The notes under the pieces: model-generated
What the model was told of the DNA's origin: nothing
The model's input: the letters and a program-made list of their open reading frames with translations, nothing else
Databases searched by the model: none
In this document: positions 38,374 to 47,688 of the stretch, in pieces
How positions within the stretch are numbered: position 1 is the stretch's first letter
Layout: every line of letters starts with the position of its first letter
Made by a program: the position numbers and the translations under genes
Assembly (NCBI GenBank): GCA_045637095.1
Contig: JAZTYX010000054.1
Location: 1,373 to 65,372, forward strand
Origin: Clostridia bacterium
GTDB lineage: Bacteria; Bacillota; Clostridia; TANB77; CAG-465
Length of the DNA stretch: 64,000 nucleotides
Reading direction: 5' to 3'

Positions 38374-39327
38374 ATGGATTTTGAAAAAGCTAAATTATTA
38401 ATAGATAATGCAAAAACAATATGTTTGGTAGCACATAAGAAACCAGATGGAGATGCGGTAGGATGCGTAGGTGCAATGTACCACTTCTTAAAAGAACTTG
38501 GAAAAGATGTATATATGGTAATGCCAGATGTAACGCCAAGATTTAGTTTCTTGCCAGAAATAGATAAGGTAGTAAGTAGATTTCCTGAGGATAAAGAATT
38601 AGACCTTTTAATATGTCTAGATTGTTCAGAAATAGAAAGAAGATCAAGCATTGCTAAAGAGGACCTAGAAAGAGCACACAAAATATTAGTAATAGACCAC
38701 CATATGAATAGTTCAGAAGAAGGAGACCTAAGAATAATAGATAGTGAAGCTCCAGCTAATGCAGAAATTGTGTACAAGTTAATAAAATATATTAACCCAG
38801 TGATTTCTAAAGATGTAGCAACATATCTTTATGTTGGTATTATGACAGATACAGGTAGTTTCAATTATGAAAGAACTACAGGAGATACATATAGAGTAGC
38901 TGCAGAGTTAGTGGATACAGGAGTAGAGTTCTCTAAAATATGCAAGAAAATAAATGACACATATTCAGAATCTAAAATGAAGTTAATAGCTAAAGTTATA
39001 GACAATATGGAAACATATGCTGATGGTAAAATACGTGTTAGCGTATTAGATAAAGAGACGCAAGAAGAATTAGGTGCGACAGAAGAAGATGTTGATGGCT
39101 TAGTTACATATCTAAGATGCATAGAAGGAACAATAGCTGCTGTGTATATTAGATGGACTAAAGAGGGAGAATATAAATATAGCATAAGAACTGAAGAACC
39201 AATAGATGGTTCGGAAGTGGCTAGAGCGTTTAATGGTGGCGGACACAAGAGAGCTGCTGGGTTTGAAACAACAAATCTTAAAGATACTAAAGAGAAATTG
39301 ATACAAATGTTGGAAGGGTTGTTGTAA
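38374..39327 (+). CDS. nrnA: DHH/DHHA1 oligoribonuclease/PAP phosphatase NrnA
   Basis: HKKPDGDA, IDHH, DTGSF, GGGHKRAAG. Confidence 0.92.
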   Translation: MDFEKAKLLIDNAKTICLVAHKKPDGDAVGCVGAMYHFLKELGKDVYMVMPDVTPRFSFLPEIDKVVSRFPEDKELDLLICLDCSEIERRSSIAKEDLERAHKILVIDHHMNSSEEGDLRIIDSEAPANAEIVYKLIKYINPVISKDVATYLYVGIMTDTGSFNYERTTGDTYRVAAELVDTGVEFSKICKKINDTYSESKMKLIAKVIDNMETYADGKIRVSVLDKETQEELGATEEDVDGLVTYLRCIEGTIAAVYIRWTKEGEYKYSIRTEEPIDGSEVARAFNGGGHKRAAGFETTNLKDTKEKLIQMLEGLL

Positions 39328-39329
39328 AG

Positions 39330-40205
39330 GTGAAAATAACAGGAATACTTAATATTAATAAACCTGCAGGTATAACGTCTTATGATGTTGTAGATGTTAT
39401 TAAAAAGTTGTTTATAGGTTCCAAAGTTGGACATACTGGTACATTAGACCCAGTTGCTACAGGTGTATTACCAATACTTATTGGAGATGCTACTAAACTT
39501 TCAGATAACTTAACTGCAGAGAATAAGGCATACAGAGTAAAAATGTTGCTAGGTGTAGAAACAGATACTTATGATATAACAGGTAAAATAGTTTCAGCAT
39601 CAGTAGTAAATAAAGATGAAATATATATTCGTGAAAGAATAAAAAGATTTATTGGAGTTCAGGAACAAGTTCCACCACAGTATAGTGCAATAAAAGTATC
39701 TGGTAAAAAAGCATACGAATATGCACGTGAAGGAAAAGAAATAGAACTTAAAGCAAGAACTATAGAAATACATGATATAAATAACATTGCGGTAGACTTA
39801 AAAAAACGTGAAGTAATGTTTGATGTATATTGTACAAAAGGAACTTATGTGAGAAGTCTTGTAAATGATATAGGTAGAAAATTAGGTTGCGGAGCAACTA
39901 TGATAGACCTAATTAGACTTAGAAATGGTAACTTCTTTATAGAAGATAGTATAGCACTTTATGATTTCTTAAAATTAAATTTTGAAGATATGAAAAAGCA
40001 TATAGTGCCAATAGAAGATTACTATGATGACTTAAAGAAAATAAATATGTTAAAAGATGAATATACTAAATTCTTAAATGGAGTAAAACTTCCATATGAT
40101 GAACAAGATAAGCTTGTAAAAGTATATTATAATAACAAGTATAAAGGATTAGGTCAAATAAAAGACGGAATTCTAAAAAGATATTTAATAGAAAACGAGG
40201 AATAA
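39330..40205 (+). CDS. truB: tRNA pseudouridine-55 synthase
   Basis: KVGHTGTLDPVATGVL, PPQYSAIK, KGTYVRSL. Confidence 0.97.
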   Translation: MKITGILNINKPAGITSYDVVDVIKKLFIGSKVGHTGTLDPVATGVLPILIGDATKLSDNLTAENKAYRVKMLLGVETDTYDITGKIVSASVVNKDEIYIRERIKRFIGVQEQVPPQYSAIKVSGKKAYEYAREGKEIELKARTIEIHDINNIAVDLKKREVMFDVYCTKGTYVRSLVNDIGRKLGCGATMIDLIRLRNGNFFIEDSIALYDFLKLNFEDMKKHIVPIEDYYDDLKKINMLKDEYTKFLNGVKLPYDEQDKLVKVYYNNKYKGLGQIKDGILKRYLIENEE

Positions 40206-40207
40206 GA

Positions 40208-40246
40208 TAACCCTCCAAACACAAAGTTGTTTGGAGGGCTTATTTT
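40208..40246 (+). terminator. Intrinsic terminator of rimP-truB operon
   Basis: CCCTCCAAACA/TGTTTGGAGGG plus T-rich tail. Confidence 0.75.
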
Positions 40247-40277
40247 ATGCGCTTTAATAAAAAGGTACGCTTTTTTT

Positions 40278-40568
40278 GACCTATTAGATAGAAAACAAAA
40301 GATAAGTTAAAAAGTATAGAGGGGGGGTAGCCAATTATATTTAGATAGAAAGGAGGAGTGAAAATTAAAAAGGTTCTAAGTAAATTTATATTAAGTGTAG
40401 CAAGTGTGATTTACTACAGGTACCACATAAATTTATATTAAGTAACAAACTAAAGATAAAAGGTGTGTGGTAAACGACCTATTAAATAGAAAACAAAAGA
40501 TAAAGTTAAAATAAAGAACAAAAGGTGTGTGGCATTTTTATATTATATAGAAAGGAGAGATAAAAATG
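40278..40568 (+). repeat. Imperfect direct repeat of a ~85-bp leader (period 198 bp)
   Basis: GACCTATTA(G/A)ATAGAAAACAAAAGATAA at 40278 and 40476, each followed by GTTAAAA and ATAGAAAGGAG RBS. Confidence 0.85.
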
Positions 40569-40832
40569 GATAAACAATTTATAGAGAATGACTTTAAGTA
40601 TAGGGAAATAGAGAACTCTATATCGGATGATCAAGGTATAATATTCAAAGCTTTGATAAAAGAAGAACCAAACATTTTACTTTACACTAGAGATTATACA
40701 TTTGGACAAGTAGTGTTGTTGATGGTTGCATTAGAAGATACGTTGAAGTATTTAATTAAAGATTTTCCTGAAGCGTATGCGATAACTCTAGATGCTGATT
40801 TAGAAATTACAAAATATGTGGAATGGAAATAA
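40566..40832 (+). CDS. Small hypothetical protein (paralog of 40886-41158)
   Basis: AAAGGAG RBS; shares GxxFxAxI...QxxxLMxALxxTLxxLIKxxxExYA with neighbour. Confidence 0.75.
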   Translation: MDKQFIENDFKYREIENSISDDQGIIFKALIKEEPNILLYTRDYTFGQVVLLMVALEDTLKYLIKDFPEAYAITLDADLEITKYVEWK

Positions 40833-40885
40833 CAAAAGAAAGAATTATCATAAAAATATTATTAAAAAGAAGGAGGAATTAAAAA

Positions 40886-41158
40886 ATGGTAAGTAGAATT
40901 AAAGATAATGAAAAAGCGAAAAGAAATTTAGAAAGGTTAGCACTGGAGTCAGAACACGGCTTAATGTTTGCAGCATATATAGGAGGAGAATTAGATAATG
41001 TAGTAACTTGTCTAGAAGAAAACAGAACTACTGAATATCAAATGATACAGCTGATGATAGCATTAAAAGAGACATTAGAAGAACTAATAAAACAACATAC
41101 AGAACTATATGCTGTTGCGCTAAATGAATTACCCGAAACAGAATCAATTCTTATTTAA
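40886..41158 (+). CDS. Small hypothetical protein (paralog of 40566-40832)
   Basis: AAGGAGG RBS; same shared motif. Confidence 0.75.
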   Translation: MVSRIKDNEKAKRNLERLALESEHGLMFAAYIGGELDNVVTCLEENRTTEYQMIQLMIALKETLEELIKQHTELYAVALNELPETESILI

Positions 41159-41220
41159 TAAACAACTTGCAAAATTATCATTCTTGTATTATTATATAGT
41201 TGTTAATAGGAGGTACAAAT

Positions 41221-42219
41221 ATGATATTATTAACAGGTGGCCTTGGATATATAGGCAGTCATACATGTGTAGAATTACTTAAAAGAGGCGAAAGAATAGT
41301 AATAATGGATAATTTATCTAACAGTAGAGAAGAAGCAATGGATAACATTAAAGCAATATCTAATGCTGGATTTATTTTCTACAAAGCAGATTTATTAGAT
41401 AAAGAATCTATGAGAAGAATATTTAGTGAAAACAAAATAGATGCGGTTGTTCATTTTGCAGGATTAAAAGCGGTGGGCGAATCAGTAGCAAAACCGTTAG
41501 AATATTATAAAAACAATGTTGAAGGAACATTAAATTTATTAGAAATAATGAAGGAATTTGATTGTAACAAGATGGTATTTAGTTCTTCAGCTACAGTATA
41601 TGGTTCTCCAGAAAGAGTTCCAATAACTGAAGATATGCCACTATCTACAACAAATCCATATGGAACAACTAAGCTTATGATAGAACAAATTTTACAAGAT
41701 TACGCGAAATCTAATAAGCAATTTAAAGTGGCTATTCTTAGATACTTTAACCCAATAGGAGCACATGAGTCTGGAGCAATCGGTGAAGATCCAAATGGTA
41801 TACCAAATAATTTAATGCCATATATAGCAAGAGTTGCAAGTGGTAAATTAGAATGCTTAAGTATATATGGAAATGATTATCCAACACATGATGGTACTGG
41901 AGTAAGAGACTACATACACGTAGTAGATTTAGCAAAAGGACATCTAAAAGCTTTAGATAGACTTGCTAAAGATGATACTGGTGTATTTATATATAACTTG
42001 GGTTCTGGTAGAGGATATAGTGTATTAGACATAGTAAAAGCATTTGAAAAAGCTAATGGAATAAAGATTAACTATAAAATAGTTGAAAGAAGACCTGGAG
42101 ATATAGCTAAATGTTATGCTGATGCTACAAAAGCATGGAAAGAACTTGGTTGGAAAGCAGAAAAGACTCTTGAAGATATGGTAAGAGATGCTTGGAACTT
42201 TGAACAAAAACATCGTTAA
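41221..42219 (+). CDS. galE: UDP-glucose 4-epimerase
   Basis: TGGLGYIGSHT, FAGLKAVGES, YGTTK, LRYFNP. Confidence 0.97.
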   Translation: MILLTGGLGYIGSHTCVELLKRGERIVIMDNLSNSREEAMDNIKAISNAGFIFYKADLLDKESMRRIFSENKIDAVVHFAGLKAVGESVAKPLEYYKNNVEGTLNLLEIMKEFDCNKMVFSSSATVYGSPERVPITEDMPLSTTNPYGTTKLMIEQILQDYAKSNKQFKVAILRYFNPIGAHESGAIGEDPNGIPNNLMPYIARVASGKLECLSIYGNDYPTHDGTGVRDYIHVVDLAKGHLKALDRLAKDDTGVFIYNLGSGRGYSVLDIVKAFEKANGIKINYKIVERRPGDIAKCYADATKAWKELGWKAEKTLEDMVRDAWNFEQKHR

Positions 42220-42419
42220 AAATATAGTAAAACGGAGTAGAAAAAAACTACTTCGTTTTCTTATTCTATGCATTTGACATATACTATATAGTATGATAGA
42301 ATACAGTTAAATAAGGGGTAGGTATATAGGGAAAATATGCCTGAAAACTGAAAAAGTTGCAATTTGTATTCATTTATGGTATAATATAAATTGTGATTGA
42401 AAAGGAAGGTGTAATTATA

Positions 42420-43466
42420 GTGAAAAAAGGGAGTGCCCTCAGAACACTAAGATTCATATTTATAACAGTCGTATTATTTGTACTATCATTTAGTGCAGCG
42501 GTAGTAACAGTATTAAATGTTTATGTACCGCAATATATAGCAAAAATAGACGGAGAACAAGTTGGATATTTTACAAGTCCAGCGGAGTTTGATGAAGTTT
42601 ATGAAAAAATAGTTGATGAAAAAGAAGCTGATGGTTTAGAAGTTAAAGTATATTTACCAGCAGAACCAGAATTTGAATTAACATATGTAGTAGATTCAGT
42701 TACAGAAGAACAAAACTTATATACAAATATGAGAGCTTTTGTAAAAACAGAATATACAACATATAACGTGAACGTAAAAGGTAAAACAGAGCTTACATTT
42801 GCAACTAAAGCGGAAGCAGATGAATATGCTAAAAAAATAAAAAACGCAGTTAAATCTACAGTTAAATCTACAGTTGAAGTTAAATCTGTTGTTACAGAAG
42901 AATTAGTAGGTACAACAGAAAAAGCTTCTGTTAAAAAGATTTATGATAATGTAGTAAGTAGATATAAACCAGTTGTTAGAACATATAGCCCAACATATTG
43001 GGTAACTACTGGTAAAACGAAATATGGTAAAAAAGCATCTGGAGATTTACATGCATTTATATCAGGTGGTGTAAGACCAGCTTCTGGTGTTGTAACACAA
43101 AATTATGGTCCTAGTGCATATTATGCAAGTGGTATGCATACAGGAATAGATATAGCAAGTAAGGGAAGTAAGTATGTTCCAATATATGCATATAAATCTG
43201 GTACAGTTGTAAATGCAGGTACAAATGGCGATTATGGTAAATGTGTTATCATAAGCCATGGTAAGGATGCAAACGGTAATGAACTTCAAACATTATACGC
43301 TCACCTTAGCAGTATAAATGTTGTTAAAGGTCAAACAGTATCTATGGGACAAGAAATTGGTAAGATGGGTACAACAGGACGTTCAACTGGTGTTCACTTA
43401 CACTTTGAAATAAGAGTGTTAGGTGGAGGATATAAAACATTCTATAACCCAGCATATTATATTTAA
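42420..43466 (+). CDS. Membrane-anchored M23 family peptidoglycan endopeptidase
   Basis: HTGID, YAHL, STGVHLHFE; two tandem sigmaA-like promoters upstream (42274, 42357). Confidence 0.9.
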   Translation: MKKGSALRTLRFIFITVVLFVLSFSAAVVTVLNVYVPQYIAKIDGEQVGYFTSPAEFDEVYEKIVDEKEADGLEVKVYLPAEPEFELTYVVDSVTEEQNLYTNMRAFVKTEYTTYNVNVKGKTELTFATKAEADEYAKKIKNAVKSTVKSTVEVKSVVTEELVGTTEKASVKKIYDNVVSRYKPVVRTYSPTYWVTTGKTKYGKKASGDLHAFISGGVRPASGVVTQNYGPSAYYASGMHTGIDIASKGSKYVPIYAYKSGTVVNAGTNGDYGKCVIISHGKDANGNELQTLYAHLSSINVVKGQTVSMGQEIGKMGTTGRSTGVHLHFEIRVLGGGYKTFYNPAYYI

Positions 43467-43473
43467 TGAATAA

Positions 43474-43505
43474 TAAAAAAGAAACTCGAAAGAGTTTCTT
43501 TTTTT
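43474..43505 (+). terminator. Intrinsic terminator
   Basis: AAAGAAACTC-GAAA-GAGTTTCTTT plus T-run. Confidence 0.85.
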
Positions 43506-43595
43506 ACATATTCTTATATATATTCTTGAATAAAGATAAAATATGTTATACCATAAATGTATGAGTAAATAATAATTGTTTATAGGAGGATATAT

Positions 43596-43949
43596 ATGAA
43601 AGATTTTACAAATAATAATTACAACGCTAATGAATTTGCGTATAAGGACGAGGCAAGAGTTCGTGGTATAAGTCTAAAGGGATTAATTGTAATATTAGTT
43701 ATAGTAGGTATGATATTTGGTAGTATTGCAGAGGAATTAAATATTGAATTAGGCGGAAGAAGTAAATATACTATAGACGAGATAGAGGAAATGGCGGAAG
43801 ATTATTGGGAAGATGCCGAGTTTATGGGATATAGTAGATACGAAAGAGAAGATTATGCGATGGATAAGCTTGAAGATAGAGGAGTAGAACTAGAAAGATA
43901 TAATATAAAATTTGATTACAAAGGAGAAGTAGACGTACGAGCTAAATAG
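43596..43949 (+). CDS. Small pilin-like protein with extended leader
   Basis: RVRG|ISLKGLIVILVIVGMIFG; EEMAEDYWEDA resembles QDLAALIWADA of neighbouring pilin. Confidence 0.6.
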   Translation: MKDFTNNNYNANEFAYKDEARVRGISLKGLIVILVIVGMIFGSIAEELNIELGGRSKYTIDEIEEMAEDYWEDAEFMGYSRYEREDYAMDKLEDRGVELERYNIKFDYKGEVDVRAK

Positions 43950-44045
43950 AGTTAATTAAAATAACAATTGAAATTAGCAAAGTAATACATAGCTAAAACT
44001 ATGTACTGCGTTGCTTTTTGTATGCAAATAAAGGAGAAATGAAAA

Positions 44046-45311
44046 ATGCAAAAGAAAAAAGGTATATCGTTAATAGTTTTAGTCATTACAATAATAGTAA
44101 TGATAATATTGGCAGCAAGTGTTGTAATAACGTTAAGTAATACGGGAATAATAAATAGAGCAAATCGAGCTGTAGAATTAACAAATGAAAGTCAAGTGCA
44201 AGATTTAGCTGCATTAATATGGGCGGATGCTTATATGGATGAATTGAGAGGAACAGATTTAGTAAATAAAGTAAAAGAAGATTTAGATAAAAAAGGTATA
44301 AAAGAAGCTGAATGGAAAATAACAGTAACAGATAGTGGAGTTAGTGTTATAAATAAAGCAAATATACCAGTTCCGAAATGGGAATTAAAAAGAACAACAA
44401 ATGATTCGGGAATAGTTACAAAAGTAATAGTTACAGATGGGACGAGTGAAATAGAAGTAGGTTCTACTATAAATTATATGGTAGACGGAGTAGGAGATAC
44501 AAACTATAAAGGTGGATGGAAACTACTCGGTGCTGATGAAAATGGAAGATTATTGATAGTATCAACCGCAGATCTTGGTATAACAGGAAGCAACATTACA
44601 ATAGGAGATAATGCTAATTTTGATACTTGTAAAACAAGTATGGAAGGTGCGTTAACGACATTGCAAAATACAGTTAATAGTTATAAAGATGGAACAATCG
44701 GAGTAGAAGTTAGAAGCATAAGAATGGATGATGTGGATAAAGTAACAGGATTTGATCCTAAAACATATACAACATATTTTATGAATGCGGGCAACGTTAA
44801 TTCGTATGGGCAGGAAGTAAAATACGAATGGGATAATAATGCTGTAAAATATACTTGGAAAAACGGTGATGAAACAGTAACCGGTACATTGGAAGGACCA
44901 CATGGGGGTTATACATATTTTGATGAAACAACAAACAAGATTATAACAAGTGCAAAAGCAGCTTCTGGAGATATAGTAACGTTAAAAGAAAGTTATTATG
45001 GATATACAGGTAAAAACGTTCTGAGTGAAGAAACATTATCATATAAGATGTTATTTAGAAATTCAACAGATACAGCTAATGTAGCATATTGGTTGGCCAC
45101 AAGAAGTGTATTAATGTATTATGATTTTACAAATTTTTGTCTGGGGATTGTAAGTAGTAATTTTGCTAATCCTGGTGCACTAAGCATAGTAGATTCAATG
45201 GGGATGTATAGTGCATATTCATTCCCTGTTCGTGCGGTGGTGACGTTAGCAGCTGATGTAACTCTTACAGAAAGTAAAACAGTATCAGGCGCGTATGATT
45301 TAAACAAATAA
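44046..45311 (+). CDS. Large type IV pilin-like protein with C-terminal DUF6273/lectin-like domain
   Basis: KKKG|ISLIVLVITIIVMIILA; YWLAT...VRAVVTLA; paralog of 23019-24332. Confidence 0.8.
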   Translation: MQKKKGISLIVLVITIIVMIILAASVVITLSNTGIINRANRAVELTNESQVQDLAALIWADAYMDELRGTDLVNKVKEDLDKKGIKEAEWKITVTDSGVSVINKANIPVPKWELKRTTNDSGIVTKVIVTDGTSEIEVGSTINYMVDGVGDTNYKGGWKLLGADENGRLLIVSTADLGITGSNITIGDNANFDTCKTSMEGALTTLQNTVNSYKDGTIGVEVRSIRMDDVDKVTGFDPKTYTTYFMNAGNVNSYGQEVKYEWDNNAVKYTWKNGDETVTGTLEGPHGGYTYFDETTNKIITSAKAASGDIVTLKESYYGYTGKNVLSEETLSYKMLFRNSTDTANVAYWLATRSVLMYYDFTNFCLGIVSSNFANPGALSIVDSMGMYSAYSFPVRAVVTLAADVTLTESKTVSGAYDLNK

Positions 45312-45321
45312 TATATAAACC

Positions 45322-45368
45322 AAAATAAAACAAACAAGTTAAAAAATTAACTTGTTTGTTTTATTTTT
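45322..45368 (+). terminator. Intrinsic terminator
   Basis: AAAATAAAACAAACAAGTTAA/TTAACTTGTTTGTTTTATTTT. Confidence 0.8.
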
Positions 45369-45413
45369 GATTTCAAAAAATTTATAAATTTTTAAAAAAT
45401 ATGTAAAAAGGTA

Positions 45414-45480
45414 TTGCAATTATATACTTATTTGATATAATTGGAGTGTAAGTGGATGAAAGTGGAGCGAAGTGGAGGAG
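45414..45480 (+). promoter_or_regulatory. dcw promoter with three MraZ-binding repeats
   Basis: TTGCAA-N16-TATAAT; AGTGGA at 45451, 45461, 45471 (10-bp period, GTGG MraZ box). Confidence 0.85.
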
Positions 45481-45490
45481 GTGTAAAACC

Positions 45491-45922
45491 TTGTTATTAG
45501 GTGAGTACAATCATACAATTGACGATAAATCAAGAGTTATAGTGCCAAGCAAGTTTAGAGACGACCTTGGTAGTACTTTCATAGTTACTAGAGGTTTTGA
45601 TAAATGCCTTTTCGCATTTTCTCTTGCAGAATGGCAAAACTTTGAAGCAGGACTTAGAGCTTTACCACTTTCAAATGAAAACGCTAGAAAATATGTTAGG
45701 TATTTTACAGCTGGTGCAACGGAGTGTCAAATAGATAAACAAGGAAGAGTGTTAATACCAAACAACCTTAGAGAATACGCAGGTCTTAAAAAAGAACTTG
45801 TAATTACAGGTGTATCTACTAGAGCAGAAATTTGGGACAAAGAAACTTGGGATAAGTATACAAGTGATGAGAACATAGACCTAGATGAAATTGCTAGTCA
45901 CATGTCAGAGTTTGGCATTTGA
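45491..45922 (+). CDS. mraZ: Transcriptional regulator MraZ (TTG start)
   Basis: GEYNHTIDDKSRV, IDKQGRVLIP, EIWD; 143 aa from TTG after GGAGG. Confidence 0.96.
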   Translation: MLLGEYNHTIDDKSRVIVPSKFRDDLGSTFIVTRGFDKCLFAFSLAEWQNFEAGLRALPLSNENARKYVRYFTAGATECQIDKQGRVLIPNNLREYAGLKKELVITGVSTRAEIWDKETWDKYTSDENIDLDEIASHMSEFGI

Positions 45923-45929
45923 TATAGAT

Positions 45930-46089
45930 AAACGAAAGAAAAAATATTTAATAAAACCTAATAAACTAAAGATAAAAGAATTAATAAACGAAAGAAATTA
46001 AAAAAACAAAAGATTTACAAATAACTTATTCATACTTATGATAAGATTTACATCATTTACAAAGGAAAAAACATTTAATAAACAAAAGA
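45930..46089 (+). repeat. Five AAACNAAAGA repeats in the mraZ-rsmH spacer
   Basis: Copies at 45930, 45963, 45986, 46004, 46080. Confidence 0.7.
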
Positions 46090-46135
46090 TAAAAATTTTA
46101 AGATTTTAATTAGAGAATTACGGAGTAAGATAAAA

Positions 46136-47068
46136 GTGGAATTTAGTCATGTGTCAGTATTACTAGAAGAATGTATAGAATGTCTAAACGTAAAAAGGGG
46201 TGGAATATATGTTGATGGAACCCTTGGTGGCGGTGGGCATTCTTCGTATGTCTTAAAACTACTAGATAATACAGGAAGATTAATTGGAATAGATAGAGAT
46301 TCTGATGCACTAACACATACTAAAGAAAAACTTAAAGATTACACGAATGTAACTTATGTTAAAGATAAACATGAGAATATAAAACAAATATTAGAAGACT
46401 TAGAAGTACCTGGGGCAGATGGAATATTATTAGACCTGGGTGTTTCGTCGTATCAGTTAGATGAAGCGAGTCGTGGATTTAGTTATATGCACGATGCACC
46501 ATTAGATATGAGAATGAACAGAGATGATGAGTTTACTGCATATCATGTGGTTAACAAATACTCTGAAGAAAAACTTGCAGATATTTTCTTTTTATATGGA
46601 GAAGAAAAGTTCTCAAGACAAATAGCAAGAAAAATAGTAACAGTCCGTGAGTCTAAACCAATAGAAACAACTTTAGAACTTGTAGATATAATAAAATCTG
46701 CACTTCCAGCTAAAGCAAAGAACGAAAAACAACATCCTGCTAAAAGAGTTTTCCAAGCAATTCGTATAGAAGTAAATGGAGAACTTGTAGATTTAGAAAA
46801 TGCAGTATGTGATGCAATAAAATGCTTAGTACCAGGTGGAAGACTTGCAATAATAACATTCCATTCGCTAGAGGATAGAATAGTAAAAAGAGCATACGAG
46901 AAGATGGAAGGTAGATGTACTTGTCCGCCAGATTTTCCAAAATGTATATGCGGATATGTATCATATGGAAAGATACTTACAAAGAAACCTATAGTAGCAA
47001 CTGAACAAGAACTTGAGAATAATCCAAGATCTAGAAGTGCTAAACTTAGAGTTTTTGAAAGAAGATAA
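46136..47068 (+). CDS. rsmH: 16S rRNA m4C1402 methyltransferase
   Basis: HVSVLL, DGTLGGGGHS, DLGVSSYQLD, FQAIRIEVN, NPRSRSAKLR. Confidence 0.97.
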   Translation: MEFSHVSVLLEECIECLNVKRGGIYVDGTLGGGGHSSYVLKLLDNTGRLIGIDRDSDALTHTKEKLKDYTNVTYVKDKHENIKQILEDLEVPGADGILLDLGVSSYQLDEASRGFSYMHDAPLDMRMNRDDEFTAYHVVNKYSEEKLADIFFLYGEEKFSRQIARKIVTVRESKPIETTLELVDIIKSALPAKAKNEKQHPAKRVFQAIRIEVNGELVDLENAVCDAIKCLVPGGRLAIITFHSLEDRIVKRAYEKMEGRCTCPPDFPKCICGYVSYGKILTKKPIVATEQELENNPRSRSAKLRVFERR

Positions 47069-47130
47069 AAATAATAAACAACTATTAAGTAATAAGATTA
47101 CAAATTAACTTAAGAAAAGAGGTGAAATTA

Positions 47131-47622
47131 GTGATAGCAAACAGAGCTTACGCATATGATTTAGAAGTAGAGAAACAAGAGGTAGAATATTTACCAAATA
47201 AAAGAGACTTCAGATTAATAAAAAACACAGTAAAAAAACTACAAACAGCGTCAAATATAAAAGCAAAGAAAAAATCAGAACTATCACTAGTTTTGTCGGT
47301 TGTAGCAATGTTTGCTATGTTCATCATCTTAAGTTATAGAACAAACATAATAAGTGAAAAGAATTTAGAATTGCAAAGACTTGCTATTAAAGCAGATAAT
47401 GCAAATGCAGTTCTTGCAACAACTGAAGTAAATGTAAGTAGGGTTATAGATAAAGACAAAGTTGAAACTTACGCAAAACAACAATTAGGAATGCAAAAAC
47501 CAGAAAAAAGTCAATTAGTATATATAAACTCTAATTATGAAACAAAAGTAGAAAGTGTAAATGAAGGAAATATAATTAGTAAAGTAGTAGATAAGCTAAA
47601 AGATATAATAGGTATTAAATAA
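47131..47622 (+). CDS. ftsL: Cell division protein FtsL-like
   Basis: TM, coiled coil and YAKQQLGMQKP; position after rsmH. Confidence 0.75.
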   Translation: MIANRAYAYDLEVEKQEVEYLPNKRDFRLIKNTVKKLQTASNIKAKKKSELSLVLSVVAMFAMFIILSYRTNIISEKNLELQRLAIKADNANAVLATTEVNVSRVIDKDKVETYAKQQLGMQKPEKSQLVYINSNYETKVESVNEGNIISKVVDKLKDIIGIK

Positions 47623-47688
47623 TCATAAGATAGCTAGTGTAATGTAACAGCTTACTTATGGTTATTTTTCTTTAAAAGGAGGTGTAGT

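Noticed and set aside
42315-42350. Hairpin between tandem promoters of the M23 gene as possible riboswitch
   Set aside because: Too short; lacks conserved c-di-AMP, preQ1 or other aptamer motifs
43960-44030. Possible c-di-GMP-I riboswitch before pilin (GCAAA...CTAA...GTTGC)
   Set aside because: No GNRA-capped P2 stem or upstream GGCAAA element; fits a plain terminator-like hairpin
45085-45250. Complete diversity-generating retroelement
   Set aside because: No reverse transcriptase, Avd or near-identical template repeat in the window
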